Part shown: in pieces, positions 8,776 through 17,335 of the stretch | Position numbering within the stretch: position 1 is the stretch's first letter | How the letters are laid out: the number at the start of each line of letters is the position of its first letter | Assembly (NCBI GenBank): GCA_964643795.1 | Contig: CAZXUC010000003.1 | Location: 13,549-77,548 of the forward strand | From: an uncultured Halobacteriales archaeon | GTDB lineage: Archaea > Thermoplasmatota > E2 > JACPAO01 > JAHFTW01 | Direction: 5' to 3' | DNA: 64,000 nucleotides | The notes under the pieces: generated by a model | Databases searched by the model: none | What the model saw: the letters and a program-made list of their open reading frames with translations, nothing else | What the model was told of the DNA's origin: nothing | Translations under genes and position numbers: made by a program

Positions 8776-8806
8776 GGTATGACCATAGTATGACGCCTGG
8801 TATGAA
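8776..8806 (-). promoter_or_regulatory. Putative mazEF operator/promoter: three GTATGA repeats spaced 11-12 bp
   Basis: GTATGA at 8777-8782, 8788-8793 and 8800-8805 (plus strand), directly upstream of the antitoxin ATG. Confidence 0.45.
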
Positions 8807-8862
8807 GGTTGTGGACGGGCCTTGGCCTGTCGGTGACCAATCTGGACCACCCGGACTCGAGC

Positions 8863-10257
8863 CTAGCCGAGGTTTACGTTGACGTTCTTGACGCGGGTGT
8901 AGAAGCCCATTGCGTCTTTCCCTTGCTCGGCGCCGATGCCGGATTTCTTCCAGCCAGTGAAGGGCGTCTGCGGGAACGTGACGGGGAACTCGTTGATGGA
9001 GACCATGCCGCACTCCAGGTCGCGAGCAATGCGGTGGGCCGCGCCGAGGTTCTGCGTCCAAACGCCGTTTAGCAGGCCATAGTCGCAGTCGTTGGCGAGT
9101 TTCACCGCGTCGTCCGGCGTCGCAAAGGGCATGACGCTCAAGACTGGGCCAAAAATTTCCTCCCGCCACACGACGTGGCTGGACTCGACGCCGGTCAGGA
9201 TGGTGGGTTCCACGAAAGCGCCAGCTGCGAGGGCTGGGTCGGCGGGGGCCTTCCCACCGAGAGCGACCTTGGCTCCCTGTTCGACGCCCTTCTCGACGTA
9301 ACCGAGCACCGTCTTTCGTTGTCCTTGGCTCACCATACTTCCGACGCGAACACCTTCTTGGGTTCCGGGTCCGACTTTCCACCCCTTCGCCTCCGCGGCG
9401 ACGGCTTCGACGAGTTTGTCGTGGATGGATTCGTGCACGATGAGGCGGGAACCGGCCCAACACATCTGGCCGGCGTTCATGAAAATCCCGAAGCAGATGC
9501 CCTTCGCCGCTTTCTTGAGGTCGGCGTCGGGGAGGACGACGTGGGCGCCCTTGCCTCCGAGCTCCAACGTGACGGGCGTGATGTTCTCCGCAGCCGCCTT
9601 CATGACCTGGACGCCGGTTGCAACCGAACCCGTGAGGCTGATTCCATCGATGCCCGGGTGTGAAGCGAGGCGGCCGCCGACCTCGCCACCTGGGCCGGTG
9701 AGGACTTGCAGGACGCCCTTGGGGAGTCCGGCTTCTTCGGCCAGTTTCGCCCACTGCAGGAGACTGAGCGGCGTTAGGCTTGCAGGTTTCGCGATGACCG
9801 TGCAGCCCGCGGCCAGCGCTGGCGCGATCGAACGCACGGCAAGTTGCAGGGGGAAGTTCCACGGCACAATGTGCCCCGTGACGCCAAGGGGTTGGCGCAG
9901 CGTGTAGCCGAGGCGGTCACCGGGAACGGGAATCGTAGAGCCCTCGAACTTGTCGCTCCAACCCGCGAAGTACTCTAGCGTCCACGCGGCGAAGCGGACG
10001 TCCCCTGTGGCCTCTTTGATGGTCTTGCCGTTGTTGCGTGACTCCGTGAGGGCTAGGTCCTGCGCGTGTTGATACGTGAGCGCCGCCATTTTTTGCAGGA
10101 TTCGGCCGCGCTGTGCTGGATCCATCATGCGCCATTCCTTCGATTCGAACGCCGCGCGCGAGGCCTCGACGGCTTTGTCGACGTCGTCGCGAGTGCCGCG
10201 CGGCACTTGCGCCAACACTTGGCCGGTCGCGGGGTCGTGGACGGATTCAGACTGCAT
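8863..10257 (-). CDS. NAD(P)+-dependent aldehyde dehydrogenase
   Basis: 464 aa. LELGGKG, FMNAGQMCWAGSR (catalytic Cys region), EEIFGPV. Confidence 0.9.
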   Translation of the reverse strand: MQSESVHDPATGQVLAQVPRGTRDDVDKAVEASRAAFESKEWRMMDPAQRGRILQKMAALTYQHAQDLALTESRNNGKTIKEATGDVRFAAWTLEYFAGWSDKFEGSTIPVPGDRLGYTLRQPLGVTGHIVPWNFPLQLAVRSIAPALAAGCTVIAKPASLTPLSLLQWAKLAEEAGLPKGVLQVLTGPGGEVGGRLASHPGIDGISLTGSVATGVQVMKAAAENITPVTLELGGKGAHVVLPDADLKKAAKGICFGIFMNAGQMCWAGSRLIVHESIHDKLVEAVAAEAKGWKVGPGTQEGVRVGSMVSQGQRKTVLGYVEKGVEQGAKVALGGKAPADPALAAGAFVEPTILTGVESSHVVWREEIFGPVLSVMPFATPDDAVKLANDCDYGLLNGVWTQNLGAAHRIARDLECGMVSINEFPVTFPQTPFTGWKKSGIGAEQGKDAMGFYTRVKNVNVNLG

Positions 10258-10330
10258 GCCCGCGGCTACATGGCGCTTGATGAAAAGCGTGCGGGGTCGC
10301 CACCGTGCCGGTCGAGGCTGCGCGACCCGC

Positions 10331-10340
10331 CTTTTTATCG
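10331..10340 (+). promoter_or_regulatory. TATA-like box (CTTTTTATCG) for proS
   Basis: Only AT-rich patch in the intergenic region. Centre is about 29 nt upstream of ATG 10365. Confidence 0.45.
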
Positions 10341-10364
10341 GGGTTGGCCCTCGGCGCGCCTGCC

Positions 10365-11819
10365 ATGCCCGCCACAGCCGTTGCCAAGTCCAAGGACTTC
10401 ATGGAGTGGTACAATGAAATCGTCGAGGTCGCCGAACTGACGGACAAGCGGTACCCCATCAAGGGCATGAACATTTGGCGCCCGTACGGCCAGAAGATCA
10501 TGTCGCGCATCGACCAGTTCACGCGCGACGAGATGGAGCGGACGCACCATGACGAAGTCTCCTTTCCGCTCATGATTCCGGAGAAGTTGTTCATGAAGGA
10601 GTCGGACCAGATCAAAGGTTTCGGTGCCGAGGTGTTCTGGGTCACGCACGCCGGCGATAATAAGTTGCCCGACAACGAGCGCTGGGTCGTCCGCCCCACG
10701 TCGGAGTGCGCGATGTACGAGATCTTCCCGTTGTGGATTCGGTCGCACAGTGACCTCCCGCTCATGACGTACCAGATCTGCAACGTATTCCGTTACGAGA
10801 CGAAGCAGACGCGCGCCTTCATGCGAGTGCGGGAGATTCATTTCTTCGAGGACCACTCCGTCTTCGCCGACGAGAAGTCCGCCCGCGAACACGTCGCCCT
10901 CGACCTCGACATCGTGCGCAATGTGTACGCCAAGATCGCCCTGCCGGCACTCTACTCGAAGCGGCCAGATTGGGACAAGTTCCCCGGCGCCGTCGACTCC
11001 ACGGGGGCCGACGTCATTATGCCTAGCGGACGCACGCTGCAATGCGCGACTGTGCACTACTACGGCACGAACTTCGCGCAGGCGTACGACATGAAGTTTG
11101 AATCGGAGACGGAAGGCCACAAGCTCTGCCACCAGACGACGTATGGAATGTCCGAACGCCTCGTCGGAGCCGTCGTCGGTTGCCACGGCGATGACAACGG
11201 ACTCATCATGCCGCCCCAGATTGCTCCCATCCAAGTCGTCATCGTGCCCGTGCTCTTCAAGGACGGAAGCGAGCCGGTCCTCGCGCAGTGCAAGGAGGTC
11301 GCTGAGCGGCTGAAGAAGGCGGGCTTCCGCGTCGAATTCGATACGCGCGCCAAGACGTCAGGCGAGAAGTACTACCACTGGGAAGTCCGAGGCGTCCCGC
11401 TTCGCCTAGAGATTGGACCGAAGGATGTCGAGAAGAAGTCCGTCTTCGCTGCCCGGCGCGACATGGGCAAGGAAGGCAAGAAGCCCATCGCCCTAGTGGA
11501 CTTGGAGCAGGGCGTCACGGACACTTTGGCGTCAATCCACACGGCTCTGCTGGAGCGACAACTCGCCTTCGTCAAGACCCGCATCAAGCACCCGAAGACC
11601 CTGGACGAGGCAAAGACCTTGGACCAGGAAGGCCAGAAGTCGGGCACGGGATTCATCCTCGCCATGGCCATCTGCTCCGACACGTGCGCCGCGCAGGTGG
11701 AGAAGGGCCTCGATATCAAGACGCTTGGAGTCCCCGTCGATGAACAGTTCCCGGCGGCACCATGCGGCGTCTGCGGCAAGCAGGCAAAGGACACGCTGCG
11801 GTTCGCGCGCACGTACTAA
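10365..11819 (+). CDS. proS: Prolyl-tRNA synthetase, archaeal/eukaryal type
   Basis: SKDFMEWYNEIVEVAELTDKRYPIKGM..., class II motifs (FRYE, VREIHF), C-terminal zinc-binding-like ...APCGVCGK...Y. Confidence 0.92.
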   Translation: MPATAVAKSKDFMEWYNEIVEVAELTDKRYPIKGMNIWRPYGQKIMSRIDQFTRDEMERTHHDEVSFPLMIPEKLFMKESDQIKGFGAEVFWVTHAGDNKLPDNERWVVRPTSECAMYEIFPLWIRSHSDLPLMTYQICNVFRYETKQTRAFMRVREIHFFEDHSVFADEKSAREHVALDLDIVRNVYAKIALPALYSKRPDWDKFPGAVDSTGADVIMPSGRTLQCATVHYYGTNFAQAYDMKFESETEGHKLCHQTTYGMSERLVGAVVGCHGDDNGLIMPPQIAPIQVVIVPVLFKDGSEPVLAQCKEVAERLKKAGFRVEFDTRAKTSGEKYYHWEVRGVPLRLEIGPKDVEKKSVFAARRDMGKEGKKPIALVDLEQGVTDTLASIHTALLERQLAFVKTRIKHPKTLDEAKTLDQEGQKSGTGFILAMAICSDTCAAQVEKGLDIKTLGVPVDEQFPAAPCGVCGKQAKDTLRFARTY

Positions 11820-11826
11820 CCATACT

Positions 11827-11891
11827 AACCACGAATTTCACGAAGGCCCACGAAACGGACCGTTTCGTGCCAATTCGTGAAATTCGTGGTT
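11827..11891. repeat. R-type hairpin (AACCACGAATTTCACGAA ... TTCGTGAAATTCGTGGTT) just after the proS stop; possible terminator or stabiliser
   Basis: Arms of about 32 nt, near-perfect complementarity. The same AACCACGAATT word is arrayed at 57177-57300. Confidence 0.8.
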
Positions 11892-11918
11892 CCGTAGTGG
11901 TTCATCGCGTCGCGGCCG

Positions 11919-12071
11919 TCAGCGCTTCTTGCCGACCTTCCCATCGTCCTTCTTCTCGACGCCTAACGGCTTGGACATCTTTGCCAATTCCTTCAGCAGC
12001 GCCATCTTGTCGGCGGCTGCCTTGTCGTTGTCGGCTCGCTTCACGTCGACCTTCTCGGGACCGGGGGCCAT
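11919..12071 (-). CDS. Small Lys-rich protein (50 aa), unknown function
   Basis: Own translation: MAPGPEKVDVKRADNDKAAADKMALLKELAKMSKPLGVEKKDDGKVGKKR*. High third-position GC. BRE/TATA-like CGAAAAGCCCTTGAGG centred about 26 nt upstream. Below the ORF-track length cutoff. Confidence 0.45.
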   Translation of the reverse strand: MAPGPEKVDVKRADNDKAAADKMALLKELAKMSKPLGVEKKDDGKVGKKR

Positions 12072-12091
12072 GGCTGCGATTCCACGGCCTT

Positions 12092-12107
12092 CCTCAAGGG
12101 CTTTTCG
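12092..12107 (-). promoter_or_regulatory. BRE/TATA-like motif (minus strand CGAAAAGCCCTTGAGG)
   Basis: Resembles CGAAAACCCTTATC upstream of the transporter gene at 40392-40405. Spacing fits a leaderless start at 12071. Confidence 0.4.
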
Positions 12108-12199
12108 CTCCCGGTTGGCCGGGGGTACGGCACTCGTCGATTCGTGACGCCACCGGCCGACGGCGAAGCAATCAAGAGGACCAGCCCGTTGCCGACATC

Positions 12200-12445
12200 A
12201 TGGCAGTCAATGTGCTCGGCATCGTGTTCTTGGCAATCGGTTTCCTCGCTGGCATGATTGGCCTCGGCCTCATGTACTTCTCCGTCGAGGACGAAGGGCG
12301 AAACCAAGACGGATGGTTCTTCAGCGACGCCGAACGCACCGACGAGAACATCCAACGCCACGAGGCGGGCCGCATCGTGTTCATAGGCGGCATCATCACG
12401 GCCACCGTCGGCGCGATTCTTGCGGCCGTCGGGCGTCCCGATTAG
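12200..12445 (+). CDS. Small two-TM membrane protein with acidic loop
   Basis: MAVNVLGIVFLAIGFLAGMIGLGLMYF-SVEDEGRNQDGWFFSDAERTDENIQ-...FIGGIITATVGAILAAVG. ATG 12200 chosen inside ORF 11762-12445. Confidence 0.5.
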   Translation: MAVNVLGIVFLAIGFLAGMIGLGLMYFSVEDEGRNQDGWFFSDAERTDENIQRHEAGRIVFIGGIITATVGAILAAVGRPD

Positions 12446-12569
12446 AGTCGAACGCATTTGCCAGCTGACGAACCCTAGCGCCGCTGACCAGTACTACCCT
12501 TGATTCTACGGGGCAGACCACCCCAACAACCACCCAAATCCTCATCTGGCCGCGCACCACCTCGCTGGC

Positions 12570-14417
12570 ATGAAGGTCTTCCTGGCCTCCGTCCTGCTGC
12601 TCAGCATCACGGCGGGGTGCCTATCCAGCAACGGGTCCCGTGATGACGATGTGGCCCCTGACTATCCGGCATGCGTCCACCCGTATCCATGCGGCAACGA
12701 GTGGCCCGCTGGATTGGCTGGGCCTTTTGCATACGACGGCCCCACATCAGTCGAGGTCGCGAGCCACGATGGCGTCATGCTGCGCGGGTGGCTGTTCACA
12801 CCTACGCTGCCCGATGGACTCGGCGCTCCGACGATTATCACCTCGACGCCCTACGTCGGCCTGAACACCAATCCGCCCGGCGCGCAGGAGGGCGGCTTCG
12901 GCTTGTTGGCGCGCTGGGTCGAGGCCGGCTACGCTGTCCTTGCGATGAGTGTGCGCGGCACGGGCGTTTCGGACGGCTGCTTCGAGAACAAGGGGGCGAC
13001 GGAGCAAGCGGACCAAGCATTCCTCGTCGAATGGGCGGCGGCGCAACCCTGGTCCAATGGCCGCGTGGCCATGGCTGGAACTTCGTATCCCGGTACGACG
13101 CCATTCATGGCCGCCATCCAGCAGCCACCCCACCTCGTCGCCATTATGACAAATGGTCCCGTCACTGACCCCTATACTGAGTTGCATACGCCGCAAGGTG
13201 CCTCGTACACGATGGGCGGGGCCTACGAGGCGGGCCGACGGGCGATTGTTACGTTCGCGCAAGCGAATGCCCAGACCACAGAAGGCCTGCCTAACGCCGT
13301 GGCGACCACGATGGAACGACTCTGCCCGGAACTTGCGACGGTCCTGCTGGGTGCGCAGAGGGGCCACTTCACGGACGACCGAAACGGCGCGTTCTGGCGC
13401 GAGAGGCAAATCATCTACGGCTTCCCCAACATCACGGCCGCCGTCTTCATTTCGCATGGCTTGCAGGAGACGGCACATCCCTTCCAGGAAGACATTGCAT
13501 GGGAGGCGCTTCGGCTGGCGCCGAAGCGGATGCTGCTTGGCCAATGGGACCACGAGTACCCCCGCGTCGAGGATTGGCAGGGCGTCATGATGCAGTGGCT
13601 CGACTTCTGGTTGAAGGGACTCGGCACGCCCGCCGACGCCGGCGTCGGACTCGTCCAGTATGAAGACAACACGGGCGGTTGGCACAATTCGACGACTTGG
13701 CCGCCGGCGGAGTCGGAACACAATGCACTCGTGTTGCAACAGAAATTCATGTGGGGCCTACCGCACGCGGGGAACGAGTCCCGCTCGTTTGTCCCAGCGC
13801 CGCCACTTCCGCGCGCCACCACGGGAGCCCCCCGGGAGTACCTGTGCGAGGCCCCACTCTCCACTGCTGGCGGCATTGAACAACCGGTGCGGGCACTTGT
13901 CTTCAAGACCCCGCAAATGCCTGGGGACGTGACGTTGGCTGCCGGCAATCCGTACGTGGTGCTGGAGATGCGAAGCGACCAGCCGAGTGGCCTCTTTTCA
14001 GTCCACCTCTATCGGCTGCGGCCTGGAGAGGCTTGTGCTGATTCGCGCTTACTGACGTTCGGTTCCGTGGACCTGCGATTCCATGCGGGCAACCTACAAG
14101 GAACGGACTTTCCTACGGACGCGACGCAGACCGTGCGCGTTGACCTCAACAACATGGCCGAGGTCCTGCAACCCGACGACGGGCTTGGGCTCGTCCTCAG
14201 CTACGGCGACACAATCTCTGCGGACGAAGTCGCCAACCCACTCGGGGACGACAGGTTCAGCCGCAGCGGCCAACCGGCCTCCCCCACGCTCACCATCGAC
14301 ACAGGGTTCACCGCCACTAATTGGTCCGCCTTGGGGCTCCCGGTCGTTTTTGGCGGAGTGGCGTACATGGGTGGCCCCCTCTTCGACGAAACTGAGCGGC
14401 CGTTCACGCCGGCGTGA
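12570..14417 (+). CDS. Secreted lipoprotein, CocE/NonD-type (S15 X-Pro dipeptidyl-peptidase-like) hydrolase
   Basis: Lipobox LSITAGC; VRGTGVSDGCF; GRVAMAGTSYPG (GxSYxG nucleophile). Confidence 0.75.
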   Translation: MKVFLASVLLLSITAGCLSSNGSRDDDVAPDYPACVHPYPCGNEWPAGLAGPFAYDGPTSVEVASHDGVMLRGWLFTPTLPDGLGAPTIITSTPYVGLNTNPPGAQEGGFGLLARWVEAGYAVLAMSVRGTGVSDGCFENKGATEQADQAFLVEWAAAQPWSNGRVAMAGTSYPGTTPFMAAIQQPPHLVAIMTNGPVTDPYTELHTPQGASYTMGGAYEAGRRAIVTFAQANAQTTEGLPNAVATTMERLCPELATVLLGAQRGHFTDDRNGAFWRERQIIYGFPNITAAVFISHGLQETAHPFQEDIAWEALRLAPKRMLLGQWDHEYPRVEDWQGVMMQWLDFWLKGLGTPADAGVGLVQYEDNTGGWHNSTTWPPAESEHNALVLQQKFMWGLPHAGNESRSFVPAPPLPRATTGAPREYLCEAPLSTAGGIEQPVRALVFKTPQMPGDVTLAAGNPYVVLEMRSDQPSGLFSVHLYRLRPGEACADSRLLTFGSVDLRFHAGNLQGTDFPTDATQTVRVDLNNMAEVLQPDDGLGLVLSYGDTISADEVANPLGDDRFSRSGQPASPTLTIDTGFTATNWSALGLPVVFGGVAYMGGPLFDETERPFTPA

Positions 14418-14446
14418 CCGTGGCCTCTCCTCGTCGCCGGGCGTTT

Positions 14447-14737
14447 GGAGGCCTGGGATTGCACAGATATCCACAGAACGTGACCTCGCGCCGTGCCGCG
14501 TAGCCCGGTCCGCCGATTTCGCCGCTGACGCCGAACACGGTCGTCCCGCCATCGGCGAAATAGGCGTCATCGGCGGATTGGAGGTCGTTTTCGGCTGGAG
14601 AGGCCGAACGAGGCAGCGAATCTGTGAGGCTCTGTGAAATCCCAGGCCGCCCACACTACGGCCGACGATCTCGTAAAGCCGCCGCAACCTGCTTCAACCG
14701 CAAACCGTAGACGACGCCGCCGGCGGACTGCGGTAAG
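14447..14737. repeat. P/T-type element with a different internal core (CCGCCGATTTCGCCG ... CGGCGAAAT... hairpin)
   Basis: GGAGGCCTGGGATTGCACAGA ... TCTGTGAAATCCCAGGCCGCC, then T tail CACACTACGGCC...GGCGGACTGCGGTAAG. Confidence 0.75.
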
Positions 14738-14763
14738 CCAAGTGAAAGGGGCTTCGAAGGCGG

Positions 14764-15492
14764 TCAACCAATCGAATTCCCAACCAGGATGAACCGGCCA
14801 TCCCGCCGCGTCTGGGCGTGCGAGAAGACCAGCCCCTTCAATTTGCCCGTGCGTTCCAGGTGCGTTCCATCGCAGGGATAGGCGCACACGCCGTCGATGC
14901 GCACGGCTTCGAGGACCTCAGGCCCGGGGAACGCGTCGGGTGGATCGAAGTTCTGCGGCGTGAGGACCTTCGCTGCGGAACCACGGGGCCAATGTTCCCT
15001 GGTCACAGGGAAGTCCTGCGCCGCCCACTGCAGGACGCGCTTGCGCACCGCGGCAAGTATGTCGGGAGTGACGGCGCGTTGCAGTTCAAAGCGGAACTGG
15101 CCGCCGCCCTTGACTTCCGGGTCGGCGACCAGCGGCGGAGCCTTCGCCTGAGCGAGCGCCGCCAAGGCGAGGTGCATTGCCGTGTGGCCGCGACTTGCCG
15201 CATCGCGCCGCTCGCGGTCGAGTTGGCATTGCGCGGTCTCCCCGACGTCCGGCCGAGTGCCTCGCAGTTCGTGCCAGAGCATGCCGTCGCGCTCGAAGCT
15301 GCGCATCATACGGCGCTTCTCGCCGCCGACCCACACCGTGCCCTGGTCCTGCGGCTGACTGTGCCGATATGTTCGACTCGTCGGCGCGAACAGCGAGCGG
15401 TCAACGGCGAAGGCGCGCCCGCGGACGGCAATCACCTTTGCCAGCGCAGTCGAGCGCCGTAGCTCCGTCAACCACAGCCGCTCGGTGCCCAC
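14764..15492 (-). CDS. AlaX-like tRNA editing protein (Thr/Ala-tRNA synthetase second additional domain)
   Basis: HTAMHLALAAL (HxxxH) and CAYPCDGTHL (CxxxH) zinc motifs. 242 aa. Confidence 0.75.
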   Translation of the reverse strand: MGTERLWLTELRRSTALAKVIAVRGRAFAVDRSLFAPTSRTYRHSQPQDQGTVWVGGEKRRMMRSFERDGMLWHELRGTRPDVGETAQCQLDRERRDAASRGHTAMHLALAALAQAKAPPLVADPEVKGGGQFRFELQRAVTPDILAAVRKRVLQWAAQDFPVTREHWPRGSAAKVLTPQNFDPPDAFPGPEVLEAVRIDGVCAYPCDGTHLERTGKLKGLVFSHAQTRRDGRFILVGNSIG

Positions 15493-15623
15493 GCATCATC
15501 CACGAAGGAAGGGCACCTGAAGCCAGCGGTCCGGCGTCGGGCTCCTCGCAACGAGCTTAGTGGCTTCGTGAAACCAATCCGTCGCCGAGCGAGCTTATAG
15601 CTGAGCGGCGGCAATGGCGGAAC

Positions 15624-16472
15624 ATGGCCGGTGGCGTGCTCAAGGGATTCGGCGGCGTGTCCCTTGCGATTGGACTTGTTCTCTTGCTCGTCGGAATCGC
15701 TGCAGTCGCGTATGCCGCAAACAACGAGGAGCAGAACGAGGACCAAGGCCTCTTCCGCGACTCGCAGGAATCTGACGAGAACCAGGGCATTATGTACGGT
15801 GGCGCCGCGGCTGCCGCGGTGGGCCTCATCGTGACCATCATCGCCATCATCCTGCTCGTCTCGGGCGGAGCGCGCAGTCAGAACGAGACGAACCGGGCAA
15901 TCGCCGAGGCGCGCCCAAGGAATGATGCGAAGGAGCCGCCGGGAACCATGCACGAGGTCCCGGTGTCGTGGGCCGCCGGCGAAGAACCCCGTAGCAATGC
16001 CCGGCCATTCATCGCCATCGCGGTCGTCGTCGCCATCATCGTCGCCATCTTCTTGCTCATGGTCACGACCGGAGTCGTCGAGACGGACGGGAACGGCGTG
16101 TTCGGGCCGGCGGGGAAGAAGGAACTTCTCAACGAAACGAAGTCGGGCACTCTGGAGGGAGCTTACACCGTCGGCATGTACTCGGAAGGCGCCGAATCGG
16201 GGAGCTTTGTTATTCCCAGGGGAACTGATACCTGCACGCTGACTCTGACCTGGGAAACCGAGTCGTTAGGAGGCGCCAACCAACTTCGCATGTCGCTGGT
16301 GGACGACGAAGGACAACTCCTGGGCAGGAACGCCGGGAGTTCGCCCATCCTAATCATCGTGGAGCGGAGCGACTTGGGTGGTACGACGGCCACGTACACG
16401 GTCTCGCCTGCAAGTTCGACCACTTACGTCAACCGCCAGCCGTTCGAAATCCAAATTGTTTGCATGGGGTAA
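15624..16472 (+). CDS. Membrane protein: two-TM acidic-loop module + third TM + extracytoplasmic beta-rich domain
   Basis: Hydrophobic segments LAIGLVLLLVGIAAVAY, AAVGLIVTIIAIILLV and FIAIAVVVAIIVAIFLLMV. TATA-like CTTATAG about 30 nt upstream. Confidence 0.6.
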   Translation: MAGGVLKGFGGVSLAIGLVLLLVGIAAVAYAANNEEQNEDQGLFRDSQESDENQGIMYGGAAAAAVGLIVTIIAIILLVSGGARSQNETNRAIAEARPRNDAKEPPGTMHEVPVSWAAGEEPRSNARPFIAIAVVVAIIVAIFLLMVTTGVVETDGNGVFGPAGKKELLNETKSGTLEGAYTVGMYSEGAESGSFVIPRGTDTCTLTLTWETESLGGANQLRMSLVDDEGQLLGRNAGSSPILIIVERSDLGGTTATYTVSPASSTTYVNRQPFEIQIVCMG

Positions 16473-16534
16473 GGCGCAACGAAGCTTCCTCCCCGCAACG
16501 GCACCGCTATGACTAGGCGCGGTTTCGTCGCAGC

Positions 16535-17314
16535 GTGGCCGCTAGGGAAGGCATCTGCGGGCGACACGCCGTCCATCAAGCATTGAAGAGCGGGCGCGAA
16601 GTTCACTCCATCCTCATCAGCAAGGAATCCGATCAAGACCCGCGGCTGCGCCCCATCAAAGACGAAGCCTCGCGCCGCGGCATGGGCATCCAATACGTCA
16701 CGGAAGCCGACCTCGTCCGCCTCACCGGATTCGCCGTGCAAGGCGTCGGGGCCATCGTGGCACCGCTTGCCAATTTCAGCGTCAAGGACCTAGCGGCCGG
16801 CCCACGCCGTGATGGGCGCGAGCCGTTTCTCATCGCCGTCGACGGAGTCGAAGACCCGCAAAACCTCGGAGCCATTGCACGCAGTGCCCTCCTCGCCGGT
16901 TGCGACGGGATGATTGTCCCAGAACGCGGCACATCCTCCATCGGAGCGGGCGCCATGAAGGCCTCGGCCGGAGCTTTCTCGATGCTCCCAATCGCGCAGG
17001 TCGCAAGCCTCGGGACCGCACTCGCGTCGCTGCGACGTGAAGGAGTCTGGCTCGTCGGCGCCGACGCAAACGGCGGCAAGGCGCCATGGAAACTCAAGCT
17101 CACCGGCGCCATCTGCCTCGTTCTCGGCTCCGAGCATGCTGGATTGTCGAAGCAGACGCTCGAAGCCCTGGACGAACGCGTCTGCATCCCGACTCCGGGC
17201 GGCGACTTGAGCCTCAACGTGAGTTCAGCGGCAGCGGTCCTTTTGTTCCAAAGGGTACAGCAAAGCGCCGCAGGGGCTAGCCAAGCACGGGCCGTTGTCA
17301 ATAAGTCCAAGTAG
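16535..17314 (+). CDS. SpoU/TrmH-family RNA 2'-O-methyltransferase (RlmB-like)
   Basis: EDPQNLGAIARSA, LVLGSEHAGLS, IPTPGGDLSLNVSSAAAVLLF. Confidence 0.85.
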   Translation: MAAREGICGRHAVHQALKSGREVHSILISKESDQDPRLRPIKDEASRRGMGIQYVTEADLVRLTGFAVQGVGAIVAPLANFSVKDLAAGPRRDGREPFLIAVDGVEDPQNLGAIARSALLAGCDGMIVPERGTSSIGAGAMKASAGAFSMLPIAQVASLGTALASLRREGVWLVGADANGGKAPWKLKLTGAICLVLGSEHAGLSKQTLEALDERVCIPTPGGDLSLNVSSAAAVLLFQRVQQSAAGASQARAVVNKSK

Positions 17315-17335
17315 GCGACCCGTTCGTCGCGCATC

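Noticed and set aside
8549-9862. 437-aa minus-strand ORF overlapping the aldehyde dehydrogenase gene in another frame
   Set aside because: Extremely Arg/Pro/Gly-rich with no motifs, a typical shadow ORF in GC-rich DNA. The ALDH frame (8863-10257) carries clear catalytic motifs. The same reasoning applies to many other long ORFs in the track, for example 53242-53907(-), 33639-35018(+), 55493-56284(-), 44265-45488(-) and 20005-20889(-).
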